Origin: Octopus sinensis
Lineage: Eukaryota
Assembly (NCBI RefSeq): GCF_006345805.1
Contig: NC_043021.1
Location: forward strand, 27,342,001-27,406,000
Reading direction: 5' to 3'
DNA: 64,000 bases
In this document: one piece after another, positions 23,221 through 34,683 of the stretch
Layout: each line of letters opens with the position of its first letter
Numbering within the stretch: the first letter of the stretch is position 1
The notes under the pieces: generated by a model
Databases searched by the model: none
What the model was told of the DNA's origin: nothing
The model's input: only the letters and a program-made list of their open reading frames with translations
Translations under genes and position numbers: made by a program

Positions 23221-24660
23221 TATACCCCCATGGCAGTTAATTTCGCTAAGGCATATATTACGAAATTCGAAGATACAGTTACTTCAGTATCCCTACATGG
23301 TCATGAACCAATACTCTGGTTACAGTTCATTGATGTTGTCTTTTTGTCTGGGAAGAATCACAGGATAGTTTAATTGACTTCTTGTATTTTGTGACTGTTA
23401 TGCTAAAAACTATAGCTTTAAGCCCAACATAAAATTTACGTTTAGTTTTCCAAAATCTAGTGTTAGATTTTTGGACACAAAAATTAAGTTTTCTGGAGGA
23501 AGAATAATGACAGAGTTATTTTTCAAGTCCACATCATCCCTCGTCATCCCACCGCTGCTCCAATCATCAGCATAATTTAATTCGGTCGAATTCCAAATCC
23601 GAATGTTTGAGGATAAAACAGATTTGCACTGACATAGGGGATTACTGGAAACATGCAAATGCTTTTGTACACCATTATGTGAAATGTGATTACAGTGAAG
23701 GAAATAGCAAATGAGATAGCTAAGATTAGCAAAGTCAAACCTTCACGCATAATTTTTGCAAACACAGTACAATATGTGACAGAGTTCCTTCAGTGTTTAA
23801 CAGGCACCGAAATTTCGCTGGCATTTCAAAAGTGTTGCAGAAAAATATCCTCGTTTCAAACAAATATTTCCGGAGCCGCCTATTGTAGCCTTTAGACGGA
23901 ATATATAAGAAAACTGTTATCCTCTGCTTCTGTACCTTGGAGTATCTGAACGCTGTACCTTGAAAAAACAGTCGCAAGAGAGTTAAACCATGTTGATTGT
24001 GCAGCAACATGAGTCACGTTGTTTTGATTCCATCAGGAATCATAACAGAAATGTTATGATTTATACAGAAGGTGGGACGTGTAGAGATTCCTATTTGTCG
24101 TACGCAGCAGAATGCATCAAATACAACTTGATTCATCTTGGTTGTAAAACAGAACAATTAAACAAAAGATTCAATGGGCGCAAATATGACGTCAGGCACA
24201 ATAATAGTATTTCGACAGAACATGCCGAACATTTTGCCTCAAACGGCTGAAATTTTGAAAAAAACTTGAAAGTGCGTATTCTCAGAAAATATTCTGAATC
24301 TGCTACACTTTCAGTGCTCAAAATGCATGAGGAGAAATATGCTTGTAGGTTATTAACATCACGCCCTCGAGGAATGAATAAAATGGCAGGAGAATTTCAT
24401 AAAATTTACGCAAAAACTGTTTGATTAAACATTCTTCTATTCCCCATTCTTTTTCTTCTATTTTTTCGTTCTTTTATTTTTTGCTTGTTGTAAAATTGAA
24501 CTTTGAAGACTGATGATATCATTCCATCAACGTATGGATGCTGGTTGCTCTCGTTCACATTTTGGATTTGAATTTCTATAATTTTGAATTTGTATCACTT
24601 TTCATTTTGAACTCGACAAAGACAGGCTTGCTGTCAAAATATCTATTGCAATCGCATCAC
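23221..24660 (+). mobile_element. Decayed Penelope-like element (RT + GIY-YIG, Neptune-like)
   Basis: Frameshifted PMAVNFAKAYITKFE..PILWLQFIDVVF-VW, IKFT..VRFLDTKI..TELFFKST, then C..SY...C..NLIHLG.T..LNKRFNG..YDV..TEHAEHF..LKVRIL..KMHEEKYACRLLTSRPRGMN (ends 24424). A CTGATGA occurs at 24510 in the 3' region. Confidence 0.85.
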
Positions 24661-24675
24661 GATCTTCGTATTGTC

Positions 24676-24702
24676 TATTATTATTATTATTATTATTACA
24701 AT

Positions 24703-24755
<53 letters not shown>

Positions 24756-24776
24756 TACTACTACTACTACTACTAC

Positions 24777-24807
<31 letters not shown>
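24676..24807. repeat. (TAT)n/(TAC)n microsatellite
   Basis: Visible. Confidence 0.95.
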
Positions 24808-24837
24808 GCTGTGTATGATACATACTATCTCACACAG

Positions 24838-25062
24838 AGCAAGAGTTTTACAACTTTCACGCCCAGAGTCTACTTCCAGCATATACAACCAAACATTGAT
24901 CCACTTTGAAAATAAACCTAAAGTCTCTGCTGACAGTTCACACTGTTCTGGAAGCTTCCAGAACATTGTGAACTGTTTGCTCCAGTGCGGCCTGCAGCTG
25001 CAAATCTCAGTCCAGAGAGTGTTCAAGTAACAAGTTTTTGATATTTAACAACTGGAAGAGTA
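24838..25062. repeat. Dispersed repeat with central 44 bp hairpin
   Basis: Inverted homolog of 555-757. Contains ACAGTTCACACTGTTCTGGAAGCTTCCAGAACATTGTGAACTGT. Confidence 0.7.
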
Positions 25063-25504
25063 CGTCTACCAAAACGAATAACTAACACAAGATTAAGACA
25101 GTGTTATTTTTCTTGGGGTCATAAGTAGAGGTTAATGACTCTCTTATATTTTTATCCCGTCTAAAGGCTACAATTGGCGGCTGAAAAAATATATGTTTGA
25201 AACGAGGATATTTTTCCACAACATGCTGGTAGCTTATTATCAATATCATTTTTAAAAAATTATTACATTTTGGTAGTTGTAGTGTGTTACCACAACTACC
25301 AACATGTATTCCAATAGAAATGAGAGCAACGGAGATTTAAAAAAAACGATGTACGTTTTGATAAGTTACCTAACGAGTCATATCCACACCTTCGATGCAC
25401 AACTGCATGATGGGTCGAAACGATCGTAGTGAATAATATGAATCTCATGAATTCCATTTTCTTTCTCTCTCATGTGTGTGTGTGTGTGTGTGTACATATA
25501 TATA

Positions 25505-25742
25505 ATGCGTGTGTGTGTGTGTGTGTGTATCTTTGTGTTCCTCCGCTACCTCTTGGCAACCGGTCTCAATTTATTTATGTCCGCGTAACTTAATGGTTCG
25601 GCAAAAGAGACCGATAGAATAACTACTTGGTTTAAAATGAAAATAAATCCTGGGGTTAATTTTGCTGTCTCCGATTAAGCTCTTTAATGTGGGAGCCCTG
25701 GCATGGCTGCAGTCCAATGACTGAAACAAGTAACAGATAAAG
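25505..25742 (+). mobile_element. SINE family A, 3' half
   Basis: GGTTCGGCAAAAGAGACCGATAGAATAA...GCATGGCTGCAGTCCAATGACTGAAACAAG. Confidence 0.8.
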
Positions 25743-26019
25743 GAGAAGAGAAAAACAAATAAATAAGTAAATAAATAATTTATCGAAATGTTTCCCGGTG
25801 AATTTTAGTTGTGCATCTGGCAAAATTCGGAGAGATTTTGGGTGGAGGCCAGATCGCATGAGGCAAGAGGTTTAAACATAGAGGAGCGTCTTAGCGAATA
25901 GCGTTCTTTCTATCAAGAAAGAGAAGAAAAAGAAAAACTGCCGTCGTCTTTCTCATCCTCTCTTCTCAGTTCCTTTCTCTTGATCTCTTATCCTCATTCA
26001 CAATTTCTAAATCTGCTAG

Positions 26020-26172
26020 ACACACACACACACACACACGCACACACACACACCACCACCATCACAACCACCACCACCACCACCAACACCGACACCATCA
26101 CAACCACCACCACCACCACCACCACCACCACCACCACCACCACCACCACCACTATCACCACCACCACCACCA
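26020..26172. repeat. (CA)n/(ACC)n microsatellite
   Basis: Visible. Confidence 0.95.
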
Positions 26173-26499
26173 TTTACATGTTCTGCCACACAACGCTTTT
26201 ACCTCCTCCACGCTTCCATTCTGTCTGCTGATAAATCTGTCCAACATCATTTTTCCTTCTCTGCCTCCATCGCTCTTCCCCCCCTCTCTCTCTCTCTCTC
26301 TCCCTCTCTCTCTCTCTCTACTGTTCCTTCCTATTTGTTCTTCATCCTCTCTTATTTCTATCCTGCATCTCTCTCTTTTGCCTTCATAATTTCCGCCCGA
26401 ATCTCGTTCGGTTTGACAATATATTTTACAACTCCTCTACCCCCCTCTCTCTTTCTCTCTCGCTCTCCCCTTCTTTCTCCCTCAACTACATAATTAGTC

Positions 26500-26700
26500 C
26501 TGTCTACTAAAGGCAGAAGGCCTGAAAATTGAGGGAGGGGGAGGTTGATTGCATCCACCGCAGTATGTAACTGCTACTTATTCCATCGACCCTGAAAAGC
26601 AAAGTCAATTTTGGGGAAATTTGAAACCAGAATGTGAAGACGGACGAAATGCTGCTATGCATTTCATCCGGTGTGCTAACGATTCTGCCTGCTTACTGCC

Positions 26701-26703
<3 letters not shown>
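26500..26703 (-). mobile_element. Diverged SINE family B copy
   Basis: Tail GGCCTGAAAATT and head blocks present. Confidence 0.7.
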
Positions 26704-26755
<52 letters not shown>

Positions 26756-26782
26756 TGATGATGACGATGATGATGATGATGA

Positions 26783-27124
26783 TTTCATTTACCACAAGGG
26801 CGAAGGATGAGGGGACAATGCAGAGACAGAATAAAGTGTGGGAGTTTTTTTTTACATATAATAATGTATTCAATAAAAAAGAAGGGATATATGCGTAGCC
26901 TACAAAGATAAAAAAAGAAAAAAGGGGGGAGGATGATAGAGATGAACCCCCCCCCCCTTGATACGGGAACGTCTCTAGGGATAATCAAGGAACCCCACTG
27001 AAAGAGATTTTCTTGAAACCCCAGGAGCAAGTGTTCTCTCCAATTCCTTCTCTCCGATTCACAGGTCTACACTTAGAGAGGTTCCATCCACTCTTGCCAT
27101 TTTCGTAAGTTTCACTCACCTTTC

Positions 27125-27125
<1 letters not shown>
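26783..27125 (-). mobile_element. 3' remnant of a Tx1/L1-type LINE
   Basis: Minus strand VKLTKMARVDGTSLSVDL* resembles the C-terminus at 52090-52149. The 3' end TGTCCCCTCATCCTTCGCCCTTGTGGTAAATGAAA resembles the tail at 52546-52585. Flanked by (ATC/ATT)n. Confidence 0.6.
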
Positions 27126-27176
<51 letters not shown>

Positions 27177-27178
<2 letters not shown>

Positions 27179-27382
27179 CCTTTCTACTATAAGCACAAAA
27201 CCTGACATTTTGGGTGAGGGTCCTAGTCGACTACATCGACCCTAGTGTTTTTCACTGGTACTTAATTTATCGACCCCCAAAAGATGAAAGGCAAAGTCGA
27301 CCTTGTCGGAATTTGAACTCGGAATGTGAAATCAGATGAAATGCCGCTAAGCATTTTGCCCGGTGCGCTAACAATTCTGCCT
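27177..27382 (-). mobile_element. SINE family B copy
   Basis: Tail CCTTTCTACTATA.GCACAA..CCTGA and Meta-like core. Confidence 0.8.
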
Positions 27383-27609
27383 TCCCCGACCACATAATGA
27401 ATCTCTGGTGTTCTCTCTTTGTCCTTTGTCTTTCCTGCCTACACATTCCGTCTATGATTCTCAGTGTTAGTCAAAACAATCTTTTTCTTTTTCACGCACA
27501 CCTATATATACACACAAGTGCAATCTCCTTCTCTCACACACTGATACTGAACAACACATACACACAATACATACACGCATACACACATACATATACGCAC
27601 AGGCATTCA

Positions 27610-27657
<48 letters not shown>

Positions 27658-27690
27658 AATATATTATATATGTAGGTATATATATGTATG

Positions 27691-27721
<31 letters not shown>

Positions 27722-29054
27722 ATATATGTATATATATACGTGTGTATGTGTATCTCTCTCTTATATTAAGGGAGCAAGGCGAAACGGCTGTCTGCAACAT
27801 GCTTGAAACTAATGCCGAGGTACTAAAAAACTACCGAAAAACTCCAAAAAAAAACCAGAGGTTGTAGTTGGGCAAGTAAATAAATACTAACAAGGACTTC
27901 AGGTTAATAGTGAATTGGGTCCAATTTCTGAATTAAAGCCATAAAAAGGCATTTTTCCTTCGTCAGCACGAGAAATATATGTACAAATAATTATACATAC
28001 CAGTACAAAGCGGATTCGCGCGGCTATATACAAGTATGTGTACGTATAGATCAAAGATAAGTCAGATTTATACTTTTCCACGACAAACGCGTACATATTA
28101 TGAAAATAGCTCCGGAGGAAATGTTGTTTTGATCAGGAGTAAAGATATTATCTTGTTTAATTTAATTTATTTATTCATAACAAAAAGAACGATAAAATCA
28201 CGTTAATGATTATTATCAGCACGAAAGAGAAATTTATAGGTAATTTATATATTAAATTAAAAATGTGATGAGTATATAGGAATAAATTACCGGGGCAGGC
28301 ACCATACGAGAATTCAGGTGTACTCCAAGCTCTGGTTGACTGCATCGAGTAATAAGGAGCACCTAGGATTACTTAAGGTGAACAATCTCACTGTAATTCA
28401 TCCGATGGATAAATCCTGGGCTATCTTCACTGGATTATGAATATTTTCGGGTTATATATATTATACATATTCGTGTAATGTGAAAAGCAAGTCATGTTTA
28501 ACATGTTCCTGTGTATTCATACGCGAGAACACCTTATGTTGCAGACCTAGTCATGAGAGGAATTTCTTCTTCAAAACAGGTGTGAAGACACATCTTCGAC
28601 TGCGAATTACGTCATCGGGCCAAAGACGCATGCTTTTCTGCGATTTCTTACTTGTCATCCATGAAATCTGTTGGCCACAGTTTCATAAGAATCAAGGTTC
28701 TAGATTTCGTACATTGTAACCCGCCCCACAAACAGGCAAAACACGCACACACTCACACCTACACATACAGACACATACACACGCACTCATTTGACGAAAC
28801 TGACAAGAAAACAAATATGCAAATTAGGCTATCCTCTATTTTGCAGGTCTAATACATGACTGCTTTGAAAGCAGCTGAACTTTGCTAATAACTCGGAAAG
28901 GAGGGCGGGTACCATTTCTCTGAGAAAGGATCAAGAAACCGTGGAACGGTCCGTCAAGAGACCTCTTTATTCTCCTATCTACACATCAATAATATTCAAA
29001 GAATGTGTTTACATTCTTATTCTTATTTATCCCCGAGTGCGGCCTTATAATATT

Positions 29055-29190
29055 GTTTTCAAATTTTAGCACTAGGCCAGTAATCTCGGGAATAAGTTGA
29101 TTACATCCCCCCCCCCGTGTCAACAGGTACTTATTTTATCGATCTCGAAAAGATGAACGTCAATGTCATCCTCGGCGGAATTTGGACGAA
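29055..29190 (-). mobile_element. Partial SINE family B copy
   Basis: GGTACTTATTTTATCGATCTCGAAAAGATGAA..CCTCGGCGGAATTTG. Confidence 0.65.
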
Positions 29191-29237
29191 GTGAGGTTTT
29201 TATAATATTGAAATATATTTCAATTATTCTAATTTAC

Positions 29238-29668
29238 GCTGTGTTTACGTCCCCGTCACTTAGCGGTTAGGCAAAAGATATCGATAGAATAAGTACTAGG
29301 CTTACAAAGAATAAGTCCTGGAGTCGATTTGCTCGACTAAAGGCGTGCTCCAGCATGGCCACAGTCAAATGACTGAAACAGATAAAAAAGCATGCACTCG
29401 ACAGCGTACATCGGAACTAACAAATTCGCATATTTGTACTAATTAAGGACGATCTGTTAAAAGTACAAATATGCGAATTTGTTAGTTCCGATGTACGCTG
29501 TCGAGTGCATGCTTTTTTATTTTTTTCAGTCATTTGACTGTGGCCATGCTGGAGCACGCCTTTAGTCGAGCAAATCGACCCCCATGACTTATTTTTTGTA
29601 AGCCTAGTACTTATTCTATCGGTATCTTTTGCCTAACCGCTAAGTGACGGGGACGTAAACACACCAGC
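29238..29668. repeat. ~430 bp palindrome (arms ~205 bp, spacer ~21 bp): SINE-A tail plus unique flank
   Basis: ATAAAAAAGCATGCACTCGACAGCGTACATCGGAACTAACAAATTCGCATATTTGTACT (to 29440) is exactly inverted from 29462. Confidence 0.92.
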
Positions 29669-29723
29669 ATCGGTTGTCAAGCGATGTAGGGTGGGGGGGA
29701 CAAACACAGACACACAAACATAA

Positions 29724-29776
<53 letters not shown>

Positions 29777-29930
29777 CATACATATATACGACGGGCTTCT
29801 TTCAGTTTTCGTCTACCAAATCCACTCACAAGGCTTTGGTCGACCCGAGGCTATAGTAGAAGACACTTGCCCAAGGTGCCACGCAGTGGGACTGAATCCG
29901 GAACCATGTGGTTTGTGAGCAAGCCACTTA
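29525..29930 (-). mobile_element. SINE family A copy (right arm of the palindrome and beyond)
   Basis: Diagnostic blocks. Confidence 0.88.
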
Positions 29931-30136
29931 TTCATCAGTTCTTCCGCCCTTTGACTGGGCTTATGTTCTCCGTCCCGCAGGGTGTCCAACAATCACCCTT
30001 TTCACCAAGCCAGTTTAGTCGCTGGTGATCCGACCATGCGACAGGTTGCACTGGGTTACATGTTACCAGTAACGCTCATATATATATGGAGACAAAGAAG
30101 GAAACCGAACGAATAGAAACATGGAGGGTCATTAGA

Positions 30137-30180
<44 letters not shown>

Positions 30181-30254
30181 TATATAATATATATATATAT
30201 AATTGGTGAATTGAAGAAATGGAGCTGAACGCAGATTGAACAGAAATCGTTTTA

Positions 30255-30345
30255 TTTCATTCTACACACGTGTTTCGAAAGGCACAAATTACCAACATCC
30301 GATTGAATAATGGGACCATATATGTCTTTTCTCTTCAGGAAGAAA
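30255..30345 (-). ncRNA. Type I hammerhead motif (left arm)
   Basis: Minus strand: ttcttc-CTGAAGA-gaaaagacat..gtgcctttc-GAAA-CACGTGTG-TA-gaatgaaa. Confidence 0.6.
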
Positions 30346-31172
30346 AAAGGAAATCCGTTGGAAAAACAAAAACAGAACAGAGGCGGAGCAAAAAACAAAT
30401 CGAACTGTGCTCCTAAGGCCCCATGGCGAAACTGTTTATCAGTGTATGTTGAGAACCGGTGGCTGAAGAATTCAACGGGTCAGGCATCGGTCAATCATGT
30501 GGGTGAGGGTGTATAGATGTTCTTTGTGACCGAGAATAAGTTCTGACTATTTAAAGAATATTGGATGTTTTATAAGGGCGAGAAAAAATCTACTTAGAGA
30601 CGTGTGTGTGTGTATACTGTTCTATATATGTGTGTGTTGGCGTAGGGGTAGAAAACATGTGTGTTCATCTAAGCCTGCCTTGACAAGGAAACCCCCGGGG
30701 GGTTTCCTTGTCAAGGCAGGCTTAGATGAACACACCACACACACCATAAACATAATATATATATATAATTTTTTTATTTTTTTTCGTTCTGCCACCCAAC
30801 GGTTATCACGGCAGTAGCCACTGACAGCCGAACGATCAAACGCACACACGTACACAAAAAATGTTTTCTACCCCTACGCCAACACACACATATATAGAAC
30901 AGTATACACACACACACGTCTCTAAGTAGATTTTTTCTCCCCTTATAAAACATCCAATATTCTTTAAATAGTCAGAACTTTATTCTCGGTCACAAAGAAC
31001 ATCTATACACCCTCACCCACATGATTGACCGATGCCTGACCCGTTGAATTCTTCAGCCACCGGTTCTCAACATACACTGATAAACAGTTTCGCCATGGGC
31101 TCTTAGGAGCATAGTTCGATTTGGTTTTTGCTCCGCCTCTGTTCTGTTTTTGTTTTTCCAACGGATTTCCTT

Positions 31173-31260
31173 TTTCTTCCTGAAGAGAAGACACAATATG
31201 GTCCCATTATTCAATCGGATTTTGGTAATTTGTGCCTTTCGAAACACGTGTAGAATGAAA
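31173..31260 (+). ncRNA. Type I hammerhead motif (right arm)
   Basis: ttcttc-CTGAAGA-gaagacac..gtgcctttc-GAAA-CACGTG-TA-gaatgaaa. Palindromic stem III and a GUA triplet. Confidence 0.72.
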
Positions 31261-31892
31261 TAAAACGATTTCTGTTCAATCTGCGTTCAGCTCCATTTCT
31301 TCAATTCACCAATAATGTTTTAATTTCAATTATCCGCACCAACGCACGGTTGCAACGCCAGATGGTTGTACCTCCAACCGTGCTGTTTACTGCTGTGATT
31401 TTTGCTACTAAGGTATCGGTTAAACTTTTGATTAATCTACTACACAGATTATTCATCTTTCTATTTCACATAATATATATATATATATATATATAATATA
31501 TATATATATGTATATATATATATGTGTGTATATATATATGCGTACACACAAATATATTTGAATTTACTCCCAAATTTCTCTCCTTTGGTTGGTCGGGAGT
31601 ATCGTAGAAGACACTAGTGTTCTCTCTTTCTCTCCCTCTCTCCCTCTAACACACACAAACACATACACAACATCTTTCACTCACCACCACACACCCTTTC
31701 AATGCAATTACATGCAAATACACACGCACACACTCACTCACTTACTCACTCACTCACTCACACACACACACACACACACTTTTGCTGCTCATTTCTTTCT
31801 TCTTATTTCTCACTCCCTTTCACGCACAAATACGTCTCGTAACCAGCCTCTCTTACACGACCGCTCTTTCTATTACTCTACCTCTCCTTCCA

Positions 31893-31940
<48 letters not shown>

Positions 31941-32489
31941 CTACTAGCTCTGTTTTGTAACGTATACAAACACAATTGCCCCCAGACTCACTATTTATCC
32001 CCTCCCCTCTCACCACAACTCTCTCTCTCTCTTGCATTCATGTTCCCTTCTTACGCCTTCCTCTCTATCTCTTATCGTCTGTCTCAATCAATCTATTTAT
32101 TGATTGATGTCCAGAGATTAATACATTTACTCTGCCAACATTTTCCAGTTTCGTTCTAACCACACAAATTTATTCATTCATTCATTCAGATCTCAGGTAA
32201 ATTGCCAGCCATTCACAAACGTACGCGTGCGCGCACGCAAAACACATAGCCTCGCATACATATGAGCAACACGAAGGTGTATATGCAGGTATGCACGTAT
32301 GTATGCATGTATGCTTGCAAATATTTATGCATACACTCACACACACACAAATGATATGCAATTGTGTGTGTATGTGTTTTACACATCAAAAACTCTATAT
32401 ATTCACTTGATGTGTTCAGTTTAAATGTGTACGAATATATACATACATATATAGACATACATCCATATATATATGTACATATGCATATC

Positions 32490-32618
<129 letters not shown>

Positions 32619-32778
32619 AAAATAAAATAAATATAAGAGAGTGGTCACTATATTGCTCACTCTAGCACCAGTTAATCCAAAAGGTTTCAACCACGAAAAT
32701 ACATGTTTCCCATGAAAGCCAGTACGACTGTTAGCTCACACGGACAGGGCAATAAAAAATAACAAAATACAGATTATT

Positions 32779-32855
32779 TTGGGACAATTGTTTCGCTATT
32801 AATGAATTAAATGTAATATTACTTACAAAAAATCCATTTGTAGCTCGTCAGCCAA
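32779..32855 (-). ncRNA. Type I hammerhead ribozyme
   Basis: Minus strand: ttgg-CTGACGA-gcta..tagc-GAAA-CAATTG-TC-ccaa. Confidence 0.85.
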
Positions 32856-32921
32856 GACTACGCGTATTTATCGTTATGGTAAAATCTGGCGTGTGATTGA
32901 GTGGATTTCATCCAGATAGTC

Positions 32922-32996
32922 TTGGCTGACGAGCTACAAATGGATTTTTTGTAGTAATATTACATTAATTCATTAATAGCGAAACAATTGTCCCAA
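32922..32996 (+). ncRNA. Type I hammerhead ribozyme
   Basis: ttgg-CTGACGA-gcta..tagc-GAAA-CAATTG-TC-ccaa. All core nucleotides are canonical, with a GUC site and palindromic stem III ACAATTGT. Confidence 0.88.
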
Positions 32997-33451
32997 AATA
33001 ATCTGTATTTTGTTATTTTTTATTTGCCCTGTCCGTGTGAGCTAACAGTCGTACTGGCTTTCATGGGAAACATGTATTTTCGTGGTTGAAACCTTTTGGA
33101 TTAACTGGTGCTAGAGTGAGCAATATAGTGACCACTCTCTTATATTTATTTTGTAAAAATATTATAATATGTTATAAAATATTATAATAATCCAGGTTTC
33201 TCGTAGCACTAGGCCACTTGGTGTTGAATAAATATACTATTAAATTAGTATCTAATTCTCTCACCTTATTAATTAATTATAATTATGCTGCATTTATTTC
33301 TAAATGCTGTATTTGTTTTCCGTGAAAGTTTGGCGCGCTGTTGGTTGGGGCATTTGAATTATAACGTCGGATGTAATCAATTGAACCACACGCGTATTTA
33401 TCGTTATGGTAAAATCTGGCGTGTGATTGAGTGGATTTCATCCAGATAGTC

Positions 33452-33527
33452 TTGGCTGACGAGCTACAAATGGATTTTTTGTAAGTAATATTACATTTAT
33501 TCATTAATAGCGAAACAATTGTCCCAA
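33452..33527 (+). ncRNA. Type I hammerhead ribozyme (tandem copy)
   Basis: Same motif 530 bp downstream. Confidence 0.88.
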
Positions 33528-33955
33528 AATATCTGTATTTTGTTATTTTTTATTTGCCCTGTCCGTGTGAGCTAACAGTCGTACTGGCTTTCATGGGAAA
33601 CATGTATTTTCGTGGTTGAAACCTTTTGGATTAACTGGTGCTAGAGTGAGCAATATAGTGACCACTCTCTTATATTTATTTTGTAAAAATATTATAATAT
33701 GTTATAAAATATTATAATAATCCAGGTTTCTCGTAGCACTAGGCCACTTGGTGTTGAATAAATATACTATTAAATTAGTATCTAATTCTCTCACCCTTAT
33801 TAATTAATATATATATATATATATTATATATATATATATCTATATATATATATATATATAAGTTCAGCAAAATTAGATTCAGATGAATATGGTACTTAAG
33901 TCAAAGGCACCACAATTTGGTATGGTATTATCCATATAAATCAAATGGGGTGATT

Positions 33956-34024
33956 ATAATCAAAATAAGCAACAAGGTAGAGTAGATATACTCTACCTTG
34001 GATATACATATTGCTTATTTTGAT

Positions 34025-34027
<3 letters not shown>
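33956..34027. repeat. Interrupted inverted repeat / hairpin
   Basis: ATAATCAAAATAAGCAA-CAAGGTAGAGTA-GATA-TACTCTACCTTG-(10 nt)-TTGCTTATTTTGATTAT. Confidence 0.85.
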
Positions 34028-34060
<33 letters not shown>

Positions 34061-34177
34061 GAGGGCATTATTATACATACATGCCACACGCTAAGAGGGA
34101 CAAAATTAGTCATTTCTACCAAAAATTTTACTAATCCCACCGAATGCAATTTTTCAAAGTAAGACATTTAAAATATG

Positions 34178-34224
34178 GACTTGTATCACCTGTGATTTCA
34201 TACCTCTGTATTCATCAGCAAGTC
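34178..34224 (-). ncRNA. Compact type I hammerhead ribozyme
   Basis: Minus strand: gacttg-CTGATGA-atac-agag-gtat-GAAA-tcac-ag-gtga-TA-caagtc. Stem I is 6 bp, stem II is 4 bp, and the triplet is AUA. Confidence 0.88.
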
Positions 34225-34636
34225 TGGGCGTATCATAAATAAACGACCCTACATCGTCAAAGCCGGGCAGCCAACTGACCAACATCAACGACGCACATGG
34301 GTTAGTTTACATATATTACATCCGGTAAATATCAGACTTTTACGAATTGCATTTCGGGAAAGGAAAAGTTATTTCGGAATAAAAATTTAGCAATTAAGGA
34401 CAACTTCTTAATAAGGAAAACTTAACAAGAAATTATCGGGTAGATAGCGTGAAAAACCTCATAAGAGAAAAAATTTCGAAAATAATTCTTTCTCATTGAG
34501 CATATTAAATTTATATATAGAGGGCATTATTATACATACATGCCACACGCTAAGAGGGACAAAATTAGTCATTTCTACCAAAAATTTTACTAATCCCACC
34601 GAATGTAATTTTTCAAAGTAAGACATTTAAAATATG

Positions 34637-34683
34637 GACTTGTGTCACCTGTGATTTCATACCTCTGTATTCATCAGCAAGTC
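34637..34683 (-). ncRNA. Hammerhead tandem copy with U16.1-to-C substitution
   Basis: Identical to 34178-34224 except gtgaCA instead of gtgaTA. Confidence 0.7.

Larger units (their letters stand above)
30202..31470. mobile_element. Non-coding foldback element (head-to-head inverted PLE-type LTR) with hammerhead motifs, between (TA)n tracts
   Basis: 30202-30696 is inverted at 30697-31313 around CCTTGACAAGGAAACCCCC|GGGGGGTTTCCTTGTCAAGG. The right arm has an extra ~125 bp and a 160 bp extension to (TA)n. Confidence 0.85.
32624..33808 (+). mobile_element. Non-autonomous PLE/retrozyme-like element: inverted partial unit + 530 bp partial tandem, three hammerheads, inserted in (TA)n
   Basis: 32860-33278 is repeated at 33390-33808 (period 530), and 32624-32860 is the reverse complement of 32917-33152. 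No ORF. (TA)n on both sides. Confidence 0.88.

Noticed and set aside
24505-24670. Hammerhead in the 3' region of the Penelope-like element
   Set aside because: CTGATGA is present but I cannot find a matching GAAA or stem III.
27900-28980. Unique AT-rich segment with octamer ATGCAAAT, GC box and a TTTTGCAG acceptor-like site
   Set aside because: Short motifs are expected by chance, and there is no downstream ORF or snRNA. Conservation cannot be assessed without alignments.
30310-31247. Mirror-image ORFs (KGNPLEKQKQNRGG..)
   Set aside because: By-products of the palindrome, with no protein motif.
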